This document shows, piece after piece, positions 27,288 through 36,456 of a stretch of 64,000 nucleotides of DNA. The notes beneath the pieces are model-generated. The model did no database searches. It worked only from the letters and a program-made list of their open reading frames with translations, and was not told the origin of the DNA. A program made the translations under genes and the position numbers. This stretch comes from a virus (Duplodnaviria > Caudoviricetes). Every line of letters begins with the position of its first letter. Position 1 is the stretch's first letter. Location: positions 31,278 through 95,277 of the IMG/VR virus record IMGVR_UViG_3300029305_002828, one strand, 5' to 3'.

Positions 27288-29369
27288 ATGGCTGATTCAA
27301 GTCGAGTAAATGGTTCTATTCGTAGAGATCTATATGTATTTGAAGATGAGAATAATCCTAGGACTAGTCAAGCTGAAAATGTATTACCTAGTACTATCCT
27401 AGATCAAGTATATGATGATCTATCTCCTACGAAGAAAAATCTTAGAACTATTCTAGAAGAGCTTCGTCAGGAAATCATTACTGGTGGTAGAGGAAATATT
27501 AAGTTTCCAGTTACTTCAGTAAATGGTATGATGGACGATGTTATTCTGAATAAGAAAAACATTGGTCTTGATAAAGTTGACAATACGAGTGATATTGATA
27601 AACCTTTGTCTAATCCTCAAAGACAAGCTGTAATGGAAATTCTTAAAGGATATGATTTTAAGGTAAACTTGGATGAGTTATATACTCATTTAATGAATAC
27701 AGATAATCCTCATGATGTTACTTTAGAGCAGATCAACAAAGATGATGTTCTTGCTACCTTTGTTAGACATTATATTGGGTTGCATAATACATCTCAGAGT
27801 TCAACTGTACATGCTGATATCCGTGGTAGTTTAAGACGGTTATGGGTATTAGTAGATGGAATCAATGGTAATGTTGAAGAGAAGATTGAAACTGTATTAG
27901 AGTCTCTCGATAACCATTTGAATGATGAAAATGCTCATCTTGCTTTATTTGAAAAGAAAGAAAATATTGAGAATAAAGTAGTTGAGTTTAATTCTACTAC
28001 TAATGTAGACCACACTAAATATCCTACTACGAGAGCAGTTGTTGAATTTGTTGCTAAAAAGCTTGTTGAATTCGAAGAGACTTTACCTGATATTGAACAT
28101 TGGATTGATGATATCAAGGTAGTAGAAAAACGCAGTAGTCTTCCCAGGGCATCTATAACTACTTTCCATAAAGCCTATTTCATTAGGTATGGAGAAACTT
28201 CTCATCCTGAGATTGCTATTTGTAGAATGAATCCTGATGGTAAGACATTCGATTGGGATATCACTCCTTTTAGTACTTTTAGTAAGTATAATCAAAATCA
28301 CTTTGAAGATACTACTGAAGGTTTCTCTATTAAGATGGGAAGTATAGTAGATTCAATCTTAGGTGATAATGGTGCTTTAAATTTGTCTCTGTCAAATATC
28401 TTAAAAGGATATTATACTAAGACTGAGATTGATGATCTTAAATACATTAATCACATTAAGATTCTTCCTGGAACTACTGATGGTACGATTCGCTTCTATA
28501 CAAATAATGATATCATGACAATGTCTGAGGACATTGCTGTTGCAGGATTAAAACGTCTTGCATATCTTGAATGGGTTACAGAGAATGAAATTTGGGATAA
28601 TGCTATTCATGAGCGTCACATTGTTCATAAAGCAGTCGCTACTAAACATATTCAGGATAGAGCAGTTAAACCCTTGAATATTGAATGTCCTTATGGATTC
28701 ATTATTGGTAATGACCATGATACTGAAAATCCAACTGCGAATCATATCACTCTTGAACAGCTGGCAACTTATTTACGTCCATTGATTGGTGGATGGCCTG
28801 ATCCTAATGTACCTGGTGGAAACCCCTGGTATGATAGGTTATCAATCCAATTAATGCAAACCCAGAACTGGTTGATTGGTGTTGAATATTCTTTTGGTAA
28901 TGGTGGATATGGTATTCGCTTTACAGGTAATATTAGCTGTATTGAGAATATGCGTCATAAGCTATTACTTACTCAGAATATCACAACAACTACTGGTTTT
29001 ATTCTTCTGGATGCCGGTGGTGCATGGATGTATCAATCCGATCCTGATGAAGAATGGACTGTACTTGGTGGTTCTAATATCACTGGTCATACATTTGGTA
29101 CTGTTACTTTAGATAAGAATGGTTTGTATTTAGAAACCATTTCTACTGGTAACCGTATCAATGCTCCATTTGATGTATGGATTAAATATACAAAGACTAA
29201 GGATATCAATAAGTATCCTGTTATTCAACCTCCATATGAGGAAGAGGATCTTGAGGATGGTCCATATCCTAACTATTATAATATGACTGTCCAACAGGTC
29301 GATGAATCTGAAGTTGGAGTATTGGATAATGTGAAAGTTGAACGACTAGCAGTCAATGAAAATACGTAA
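27288..29369 (+). CDS. Tail fibre/baseplate-associated protein (paralogue of 40313-44197)
   Basis: PVTSVNG, IGLDKVDNTSDIDKPLS, NPHDVT, YPTTRAV, IQDRAV repeats typical of phage fibre proteins. Confidence 0.65.
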   Translation: MADSSRVNGSIRRDLYVFEDENNPRTSQAENVLPSTILDQVYDDLSPTKKNLRTILEELRQEIITGGRGNIKFPVTSVNGMMDDVILNKKNIGLDKVDNTSDIDKPLSNPQRQAVMEILKGYDFKVNLDELYTHLMNTDNPHDVTLEQINKDDVLATFVRHYIGLHNTSQSSTVHADIRGSLRRLWVLVDGINGNVEEKIETVLESLDNHLNDENAHLALFEKKENIENKVVEFNSTTNVDHTKYPTTRAVVEFVAKKLVEFEETLPDIEHWIDDIKVVEKRSSLPRASITTFHKAYFIRYGETSHPEIAICRMNPDGKTFDWDITPFSTFSKYNQNHFEDTTEGFSIKMGSIVDSILGDNGALNLSLSNILKGYYTKTEIDDLKYINHIKILPGTTDGTIRFYTNNDIMTMSEDIAVAGLKRLAYLEWVTENEIWDNAIHERHIVHKAVATKHIQDRAVKPLNIECPYGFIIGNDHDTENPTANHITLEQLATYLRPLIGGWPDPNVPGGNPWYDRLSIQLMQTQNWLIGVEYSFGNGGYGIRFTGNISCIENMRHKLLLTQNITTTTGFILLDAGGAWMYQSDPDEEWTVLGGSNITGHTFGTVTLDKNGLYLETISTGNRINAPFDVWIKYTKTKDINKYPVIQPPYEEEDLEDGPYPNYYNMTVQQVDESEVGVLDNVKVERLAVNENT

Positions 29370-29376
29370 GTAAATG

Positions 29377-29409
29377 ATAAAGTGGTGGGTATTACACCCA
29401 CCACTTTAT
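29377..29409. terminator. Hairpin terminator
   Basis: ATAAAGTGGTGGGT-loop-ACCCACCACTTTAT. Confidence 0.7.
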
Positions 29410-29469
29410 TTTCTTATTATTTACATTCCATTTAATTAAGTTAAAATATATCAAAGAGGTGAATGTAAA

Positions 29470-31284
29470 ATGAATGCATTTAAACTAGAAAAAGATATTA
29501 TACTGTACAAGGTGCAGTTTGATAAATATTGTCTAAATCTTTTTCATGAATATAGACTAGATAGATTGTCTCTAGATGTAGATGGATTATTATTTAGGAT
29601 CAAATATATGGTTAAAAATAATAAAGATCTTGATAAGATTCCAGAGTTACAAGATCAGTTTATTGAAAAGGCTAGACAACTTCACAATTCTTTCGGTGAA
29701 TTCCTATATCTTTTAATCGCTCAAGTTATTGGTATTCCGGATCCGTTTAAACTTGATGACTTAGAAGATATATTAGCACAAGATGTAAAGATCGATACTA
29801 CCTATGTGAAGTTTAAGATGGTAGTAGTATCAAGTAATAAAGAATTCCTTGAGTATATTGATAATAGTATTCCTGAGGATGAAGTCTATAATATTGATAA
29901 AACCGAATATTTTAGATTTAATACTGATTCTTATAATGATGGAGTATCTAAAGCATATCCAGAATTATTTGAAGATCGTCATCAGGATGTTGTCGGTAAA
30001 GGTGCAGATGGAGATGTCTTCGTTCATAACTTCACATTTCAAACATCAGAAAGATGTTCCCTTAACTGCACTTACTGTTATCAGTTTAATAAAACTCCAA
30101 TGAGAATGCCATTTGAAACAGCTAAAACTTTCATTGATAATCTTTTAGCAGATAAATATGGATATATTAACAGATATAATTCTCCTGCCATTATCATTGA
30201 ATTTATTGGTGGAGAACCTTTAATGGAGATTAAACTTACTAGGAAGATTTATGAATATTTCCTTGAGAGATGTTATGAGTTAGATCATCCTTGGTTTACA
30301 CTTCATAGAGTATCCATCTGCTCTAATGGTATGCAATATTTCAATCCAGATGTCCAAGCATTCTTTAATGATTATGCTCAGAATGTCTCCTTTAATATTT
30401 CAATTGATGGTAATAAAGAGTTGCATGATGCTTGTAGAATTCAGCCTAACGGTGAAGGTAGTTATGATATAGACATGGCTGCTCTTAATCATTATAACAA
30501 ACATTTTACTCCAGAGCGTAATTCTAAGATGACTCTTGCTCCATCTAATATGAAATACCTATTTGATTCTGTAGTAGATTTCATTAATAATGGAATGACA
30601 TGTATCAATATTAACTGTATCTTTGAAGAGGGATGGAATCAAGAAACTGCTTTAATTGAATATCAACAATTAAAGAAGTTAACAGACTATATCTTAGATA
30701 ACAATCTTGAGCATCTCTATATTGCTATCTTTAATGAGATACAGGAAGATATGTTTTCTAAGTATAATGATTCTGCTCCATGTGGTGGTCAAGGATCGAT
30801 GCTTGCATTAAGACCTAATGGCCAGTTCTATCCTTGTATTCGTTATATGCCTACATCAGTTGGTGATAATGTAAAGGATCTTTGTATTGGCCATATTGAT
30901 ACAGGTATTGTTGGGCGTGAGCAAGATTCTGAAATTCTTCAGATGATGGACAGAATTACTCGTAGAAGTTACAGTAATGATATTTGTTATGAATGTCCAT
31001 TGAGTAATGATTGTGCAAACTGTATTGCACTTGGCCATACTGTATTTGGTACACCTAATAAAAGACCTACATTTATTTGTATACAGATGATTGCAGAAGC
31101 ATTAGCTAATGTATATTACTGGAATAGATTATTGCTTAAACATCCTGAATATGATCTTCCTATACGAAAGAATGTAGTTCCTGATGAGTGGTCTTTATTG
31201 GTAATTGATAAAGATGAACTTGATTCTCTTAAACTATTAGAGTGTGCTGCAATCGCTTCTAAGATAGAGTTAGGAGGTAAATAA
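29470..31284 (+). CDS. Radical SAM/SPASM peptide/protein maturase, CXXX-repeat target family-like (TIGR04115-like), with about 180-aa N-terminal extension
   Basis: FTFQTSERCSLNCTYCYQ (CX3CX2C), EFIGGEPLME, SNG, ISIDGNKELHDACR, GSYD; SPASM cysteines CGG...YPCIRY...CYECPLSNDCANC...C. Confidence 0.9.
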   Translation: MNAFKLEKDIILYKVQFDKYCLNLFHEYRLDRLSLDVDGLLFRIKYMVKNNKDLDKIPELQDQFIEKARQLHNSFGEFLYLLIAQVIGIPDPFKLDDLEDILAQDVKIDTTYVKFKMVVVSSNKEFLEYIDNSIPEDEVYNIDKTEYFRFNTDSYNDGVSKAYPELFEDRHQDVVGKGADGDVFVHNFTFQTSERCSLNCTYCYQFNKTPMRMPFETAKTFIDNLLADKYGYINRYNSPAIIIEFIGGEPLMEIKLTRKIYEYFLERCYELDHPWFTLHRVSICSNGMQYFNPDVQAFFNDYAQNVSFNISIDGNKELHDACRIQPNGEGSYDIDMAALNHYNKHFTPERNSKMTLAPSNMKYLFDSVVDFINNGMTCININCIFEEGWNQETALIEYQQLKKLTDYILDNNLEHLYIAIFNEIQEDMFSKYNDSAPCGGQGSMLALRPNGQFYPCIRYMPTSVGDNVKDLCIGHIDTGIVGREQDSEILQMMDRITRRSYSNDICYECPLSNDCANCIALGHTVFGTPNKRPTFICIQMIAEALANVYYWNRLLLKHPEYDLPIRKNVVPDEWSLLVIDKDELDSLKLLECAAIASKIELGGK

Positions 31285-32244
31285 ATGAATTCGGTATCAA
31301 TTAAACCAAACAGTCTCTCTATAGGATACAATGTTACAGGTCAAGATTTTTTTGATACAATTTCTGGATTCTCTGATTTTGTTCATTCATATTTTTTCTC
31401 ACTAACTGAGGATGTTCATGGTAATAAGTTTGATTCCGATAAAACATTCAAGACTCTATGTGAATGTGAGAAGTATGGAATGAAAGGAAATCTATTACTT
31501 AACCGATTTGATTCTTCTGGTTTATATTGGCATCTGGTTCAAAAAGCAAGAGAAATCGACGGATTATCCGGTGTCACAGTTATTCATCCAAAGATTGCTG
31601 AATGTATTAAACAGGATTTTCCAGAATTAGAAGTTCATATTTCTGTTCGATATTGGGATTGGTTGGGTGATAGAGATGGAACAATCCGCACAAATCCATT
31701 CGACAAGATTAAACTTCTAGCTGAGTCTGGAGTAGATGTTGTAAATATATCTGGCGAACTTCATTTCAATAATAATGATGTAATTGAATATATCCATGAA
31801 GTTGGAATGAAAGCAAAAATCATTATTAATGAAGGATGTATTATTGGTAGGGAATATAACTATAATAAATTTCCGGAGTTTGAAGAATTTGATTGTAAGG
31901 GTGATAAAGGTGGTAAGGATGGTAAATGTGGACGACATTGTATAGATTTATTTGAAAAGTATCCTTGGATGAAATTATCTAGAATAGGATTATTTAAGGA
32001 AGATCTATTATATCATAATTATGATATTTTTAAAATTGCTTCCAGAATGATTTCGAATAAAGATCTATATGACATTTTAGTTAAATTCGTTCTAAGCCCT
32101 AGAACTATAAATCTCTTTGGAGTTCCTATAACTGATGATAATTATCAAGCATTTATGAATTGGATTGCTGACAGATCTAATTGTCCAATTGACTGCTATA
32201 ATTGTAGGAAATGTGAATACCACTATAATCAAATAACAAAATGA
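31285..32244 (+). CDS. U32 peptidase-family-like Fe-S protein
   Basis: FPELEVHISV, KIIINEGC followed by three further Cys, FKIASR, C-terminal CPIDCYNCRKC; starts immediately after the rSAM stop. Confidence 0.7.
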   Translation: MNSVSIKPNSLSIGYNVTGQDFFDTISGFSDFVHSYFFSLTEDVHGNKFDSDKTFKTLCECEKYGMKGNLLLNRFDSSGLYWHLVQKAREIDGLSGVTVIHPKIAECIKQDFPELEVHISVRYWDWLGDRDGTIRTNPFDKIKLLAESGVDVVNISGELHFNNNDVIEYIHEVGMKAKIIINEGCIIGREYNYNKFPEFEEFDCKGDKGGKDGKCGRHCIDLFEKYPWMKLSRIGLFKEDLLYHNYDIFKIASRMISNKDLYDILVKFVLSPRTINLFGVPITDDNYQAFMNWIADRSNCPIDCYNCRKCEYHYNQITK

Positions 32245-32247
32245 TTG

Positions 32248-32280
32248 ATTAGGATAGGGATTCTAAATCCCTATCCTAAT
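32248..32280. terminator. Hairpin terminator
   Basis: ATTAGGATAGGGATT-loop-AATCCCTATCCTAAT. Confidence 0.7.
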
Positions 32281-32292
32281 TTACTTAACTGG

Positions 32293-32304
32293 AACGACTT
32301 ATTA
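32293..32304 (+). promoter_or_regulatory. Putative late promoter motif AACG-N6-TA
   Basis: AACGACTTATTA; similar elements precede several structural-type genes; resembles the AR9 late AACA-N6-TA element as I recall it. Confidence 0.4.
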
Positions 32305-32341
32305 AGTCATGATTGAAATAAGTAACATGGAGGTGATTTAA

Positions 32342-35014
32342 TTGAATAGAGATTTATATTCTAATATAGAATTTACTGATCTCAAAGAAAGATTAAATCA
32401 AGAGATATTACGTAGAGGAACTTATCGATGGTGGGATCCTCTTACTACTCCATCAGTTGGTGAAGACCAAAGTCCACCATTAACTATACCTGCTTCTGGA
32501 GGGCAGATTATAGTTGATGATAAAACTTATACTGTCAATAATCCTTCTGAAGGATCTCTTGAAAGAACTAGGAATGTTCATTATCCAGCCCAAGGAGAAA
32601 ACCCTGCTGGACAAAACCCTGATCGAAAATCTACTGTACCTAATACATCTGCAGCTCAATTAAATGTAGATGAACTTCGAAACCTATTGATTGGTCTAGC
32701 TAAGATACAAGATATCAACCTATTCTATGGACGAGATGAAGTTCAATATCTTGCATTTAGAGATCCTCAAGGTATTGAAGATGCATTGATTGCTGCAGAG
32801 AAAGCTCCATTAAATAAACCTTTAAAAGAGTCTGATATCTTTCCTACAAAGAATGATCCAAATGGTGGTTTAACAAATTCATTACATGATAACTATCCTA
32901 ATGCTAAATTGAATGTAACATATCCTACAAATAATAGAGGGGAATATGTTATGCCATCTGGGGAGTTCGATGGTGAAGAGGTTAAACAATATGAAGGTTT
33001 AGGCCCATCTAACTTTTATGACGACTATGGTGCTAAACCTGGAGACAATAATTATCATCCTTATAATAGATTCATATCTGAAACTGTTAAACGAGATTGG
33101 CATGATCAAGATAATGAACGCAATGTTATTGTAACTAAAGTTAGACAAGGTGGAGTATCATCTAAACGATTTGGTACCAATCCTCGCAATCCTCAACAAG
33201 GTAATGAATATCAATCTCGTCCAGTATATGGTGGTGTAATTAATAACTGTAATAATGCATGTACAGGTTTATGTTACGTCACTTGTGATAATCAATGTTC
33301 GGAATCTTGTACTACTACATGTTGGAGTAGATGTGGTAATGCTTGTACTTCATCCTGTGGTAACGTTTGTACTGGATGTAGTACAATGTGCTATTCTTCT
33401 TGCAAGACTAAGTGTGAGAATAATACTGGATACTCATGTGTAACAGCTGGAGCTAAGGCAGTTAAGATTACTACTACTGGCGGTAAGAATGGAATTCCTG
33501 CAAAGAATAATATTGAAATCCAAACTTATTCTTGCACTGGATGCTCTTATAGCTGTCAATTCTATCCTAATAAGAAAACTGAATGTTGGGACTCCGGGTG
33601 TATGGGTAAATGTTTTACCTCTTGTACAACTTCTTGTTCTACTTCTTGTTATGGTGGATGTATTGATAATGCTGAGGAAAAGAGTACTGGATATCGTACG
33701 GGCAAGGGCAGAGGTTGTGATGGTGGATGTACTCTAAACTGTATTGCTCTCTGCCAGGGTATTTGTGAAGGATATTGTGTTCAGACTTGCTGGCATGCAT
33801 GTAAACAGAAATGTTCTGATAACTGCTCTTGGAAATGTACTACGAATTGTGGACATGGTTGTGCAACTGGTTGTACTCAATCTTGTACTGGTTGTGCTGG
33901 CGAATGTTCTGGTAGTTGTAAGGGAGAAGCAAGACAAGTAGCCTGTGTTGGTTGTTCTATGGAAGGTGGGTGTGTTTCCATTTGTGCATCTGACTGTAAT
34001 TCTAACTGTGTTGGTTGGGGTTGTAGATCTATCTGTGGTGTAGATGGTGGTGACGCATGTGAATCCAACTGTAGATTGAACTGTATGGGAACTTCCTGTA
34101 CATCTATGTGCTCTGATGCATGTAGTGAACAATGCACTACTTGTGTTAACAACTGTGGTTGGCAATGTGGTATGTGTTCTTCTCAATGCTCTACTGGATG
34201 TTCTCAGGAATGTAACATTACATGTAGTGCAGCATGTGAACATAGTTGTGAAACTAACTGTGTCATGTCTTGTACTGAAACATGTGGTGGATGTTCTAAC
34301 CTCTGCTACTCTTGTGTAGGCATGTGTATTGGAGTATGCTCTGTTAAGTGTGAGAATGGATGCTCTAGCTGTACTAATAATTGTGGTTACTGGTGTGATT
34401 CTACTTGTAGTCAGGCATGCTTCTCTACTTGTGATAATATGTGTATCCAGACTTGTATGAGCTCTTGTGTATCTTTCCTTGAATCTGATACTAAAACTAG
34501 ATTATCAGGGCCTGAAAGATTACCTACTTCAGCTGGGTACATTTATCCTGATCCTAAGAACAGATGGGAACAAAGAGAATCCTTTAAGTTAACTCGATTC
34601 ATTCCTAGACCTTATAAAGTTAAGGATGATGAAAAAGAAACACTTATCCATATTACTCTTGATGAGGATAAGAACTTAAAGATCATTTGTCCTGAAGCTC
34701 TTACATATGTTATCAAGCAAACTGTTGTCAATGGTGGTGTATTTACATATGACAATGATGGAAATATTCATATTGATGAAGATATGCTTCCTGCAATTGT
34801 AAATGTTAATAAACCTAATATTGATGATGGTGGAGGCATCTACATTATCATATTTGATAAGAATGATGAGATAACATTTACTGATGAAGATATTTCTTTT
34901 AATCTTCCGTTTGGAATTAATCTATTCCCTCTAATAAAAGATAAGAAGGATAACTCTCTCGTAATTGTACAAAAAGATCCATTCTTATATTTTGATGAAG
35001 AGGTGTTGCCATAA
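32342..35014 (+). CDS. Giant Cys-rich CXXX-repeat protein; putative radical SAM modification target
   Basis: 890 aa; about 88 Cys counted by hand in a 407-aa central segment with mostly C-x3-C spacing; Cys-poor N- and C-terminal domains; GGAGGTG RBS before TTG. Confidence 0.85.
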   Translation: MNRDLYSNIEFTDLKERLNQEILRRGTYRWWDPLTTPSVGEDQSPPLTIPASGGQIIVDDKTYTVNNPSEGSLERTRNVHYPAQGENPAGQNPDRKSTVPNTSAAQLNVDELRNLLIGLAKIQDINLFYGRDEVQYLAFRDPQGIEDALIAAEKAPLNKPLKESDIFPTKNDPNGGLTNSLHDNYPNAKLNVTYPTNNRGEYVMPSGEFDGEEVKQYEGLGPSNFYDDYGAKPGDNNYHPYNRFISETVKRDWHDQDNERNVIVTKVRQGGVSSKRFGTNPRNPQQGNEYQSRPVYGGVINNCNNACTGLCYVTCDNQCSESCTTTCWSRCGNACTSSCGNVCTGCSTMCYSSCKTKCENNTGYSCVTAGAKAVKITTTGGKNGIPAKNNIEIQTYSCTGCSYSCQFYPNKKTECWDSGCMGKCFTSCTTSCSTSCYGGCIDNAEEKSTGYRTGKGRGCDGGCTLNCIALCQGICEGYCVQTCWHACKQKCSDNCSWKCTTNCGHGCATGCTQSCTGCAGECSGSCKGEARQVACVGCSMEGGCVSICASDCNSNCVGWGCRSICGVDGGDACESNCRLNCMGTSCTSMCSDACSEQCTTCVNNCGWQCGMCSSQCSTGCSQECNITCSAACEHSCETNCVMSCTETCGGCSNLCYSCVGMCIGVCSVKCENGCSSCTNNCGYWCDSTCSQACFSTCDNMCIQTCMSSCVSFLESDTKTRLSGPERLPTSAGYIYPDPKNRWEQRESFKLTRFIPRPYKVKDDEKETLIHITLDEDKNLKIICPEALTYVIKQTVVNGGVFTYDNDGNIHIDEDMLPAIVNVNKPNIDDGGGIYIIIFDKNDEITFTDEDISFNLPFGINLFPLIKDKKDNSLVIVQKDPFLYFDEEVLP
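33248..34468 (+). repeat. C-x3-C / C-x2-C coding repeat tract
   Basis: TGT/TGC codon roughly every 12 nt with non-identical spacers. Confidence 0.9.
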
Positions 35015-35292
35015 TGGGAAAGATAACTGAAGTATTCTACAAAGAAATAGATCCTAAAGCATGTAGTGTACAAGATGCTTCTAAATATCATTATTTATTT
35101 AATCTCTTAAAGTATCATGAAATGTTTCAAACTGATTATGAGAAATATGAAAGAGATCAAATTCTATTAAGGAATTCATTAGTAGGTAATGCTATTGAAG
35201 CTGGAGAATTAAAATGTCCTCCAAAGATGAATACTACTATCTTTGGGATCTCTGCTCAAAAGAATAGAGCTGTATTAATTATTGAAACTTAA
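35014..35292 (+). CDS. Small protein coupled to the CXXX-repeat gene; possible accessory/chaperone
   Basis: TAATG stop/start overlap; 92 aa, helical with terminal beta strands. Confidence 0.65.
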   Translation: MGKITEVFYKEIDPKACSVQDASKYHYLFNLLKYHEMFQTDYEKYERDQILLRNSLVGNAIEAGELKCPPKMNTTIFGISAQKNRAVLIIET

Positions 35293-35295
35293 TTA

Positions 35296-35324
35296 ATGAG
35301 GAGGGGAGTTAATCCCCTCCTCAT
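35296..35324. terminator. Hairpin terminator
   Basis: ATGAGGAGGGGA-GTTAA-TCCCCTCCTCAT; core identical to 58380-58404. Confidence 0.7.
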
Positions 35325-35388
35325 CTTCGTATTTTTCTATTATTAGTTTATATATTCTATCTATAGACTATGATAGGAGGTAACCCTT

Positions 35389-36141
35389 ATGAAAGAACAT
35401 CCTTGGTGGAGAGCATTCCTACTTGATGCATTTGATGATAATCATGAGATTGTTAAAACATTTACAACCGGAGGTATTCAAAAAGTATTTTCTAAAATAT
35501 GTCCCAGAGAACAAGAAATGATACTGATGAGGTATCAATACAATTTTACTTATGATTACATAGGAAAACATTTCGGTGTTAGTAAAGAAAGGATCCGAGA
35601 GATCATAAGTAGAAATCGGCGTAGTATGAGAAGGCCATGGAATCTTGAACTATTGACTGGTAATGAAGCTCCAATGGAAGGAACTCCTCTTGCTGAACTC
35701 GGATTGTCTACAATGACTTTTAATGCATTGGTAAGAAGAAACATCTTAACAATTGAAGCTTTGAAATCCTATAAAATGGATGACATCTATAGGTTCTATC
35801 ACATTGGTAAGGTTGGAGTAAAGGAGATCATAGATAAAATTACTGAATACGATAAGGCTCATAATAACGAAATAACCGAAATGAGGGAGGCTAGTAAAAT
35901 GACTCTTAGAGCTGTCAGCAAGGTTATATATAATCCTGGCACTGCATCTGAAAACAGAAACATCAAGGTTATCACAATGAGTGATAATCGACTTCTTTGG
36001 GAGGGCCCTGCAAAAGAACTAAAGACATGTCCAGAAATTAAAAAGAATTGGGAGGTAGTTGAAATATTGGTAGATAGGACTACTAAGGTTGAAGCCAATA
36101 TTCCTGATTACAACCGAGGTAAAATCATTGTAGTTGTTTAA
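35389..36141 (+). CDS. Sigma-70 region 4 HTH fused to RNAP alpha-CTD-like domain
   Basis: PREQEMILMRY...TYDYIGKHFGVSKERIREI (sigma 4.2); LAELGLSTMTFNALVRRNILTI...IGKVGVKEI (alpha-CTD); TATATATTCT at 35349. Confidence 0.8.
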   Translation: MKEHPWWRAFLLDAFDDNHEIVKTFTTGGIQKVFSKICPREQEMILMRYQYNFTYDYIGKHFGVSKERIREIISRNRRSMRRPWNLELLTGNEAPMEGTPLAELGLSTMTFNALVRRNILTIEALKSYKMDDIYRFYHIGKVGVKEIIDKITEYDKAHNNEITEMREASKMTLRAVSKVIYNPGTASENRNIKVITMSDNRLLWEGPAKELKTCPEIKKNWEVVEILVDRTTKVEANIPDYNRGKIIVVV

Positions 36142-36155
36142 GGGGGATCTATATA

Positions 36156-36416
36156 ATGACTACCATTGATGAAAAGAAACAATATGACCACAATCTAGAG
36201 GTTCATGGATGTGGATACTGGTCAGTTTGTTTGGAACATGATTGTCCTTGTCACCCCACAGCTAGAGTAAATCAAGGGTTTTCAATTGATACATGGAGAT
36301 CATTAAAATCCCATATGGAATCTACTATTGATGGATATTATTCCGGTGGATATATAGATGATATCTGGCCTGAGGATGAAGATGATTTTCCTGAAGATGA
36401 TCCTGATTGGGATTGA
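36156..36416 (+). CDS. Hypothetical protein, Cys/His-containing with acidic tail
   Basis: 86-aa ORF, AAGGGGG RBS. Confidence 0.6.
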   Translation: MTTIDEKKQYDHNLEVHGCGYWSVCLEHDCPCHPTARVNQGFSIDTWRSLKSHMESTIDGYYSGGYIDDIWPEDEDDFPEDDPDWD

Positions 36417-36418
36417 TA

Positions 36419-36456
36419 AAAAAATAAGGGGAGCTATCATGCTCCCCTTATTTTTT
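36419..36456. terminator. Bidirectional terminator
   Basis: AAAAAATAAGGGGAGC-loop-GCTCCCCTTATTTTTT. Confidence 0.8.

Noticed and set aside
29470-31284. Anaerobic sulfatase maturase or nucleotide-modification (QueE/NrdG-type) radical SAM
   Set aside because: No sulfatase, Que or NrdD genes nearby; the SPASM domain, motif style and adjacent CXXX-repeat protein fit a peptide/protein maturase better, though this is unproven
33255-34319. Several alternative-frame and antisense ORFs over the Cys-rich tract
   Set aside because: By-products of TGT periodicity (Val/Leu- or Thr/Gln-rich), with no RBS
32342-35014. Eukaryotic contamination (keratin-associated, metallothionein or VSP-like Cys-rich gene)
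   Set aside because: Bacterial-type RBS, coupled downstream gene, and the same AT-rich codon style and hairpins as its phage neighbours
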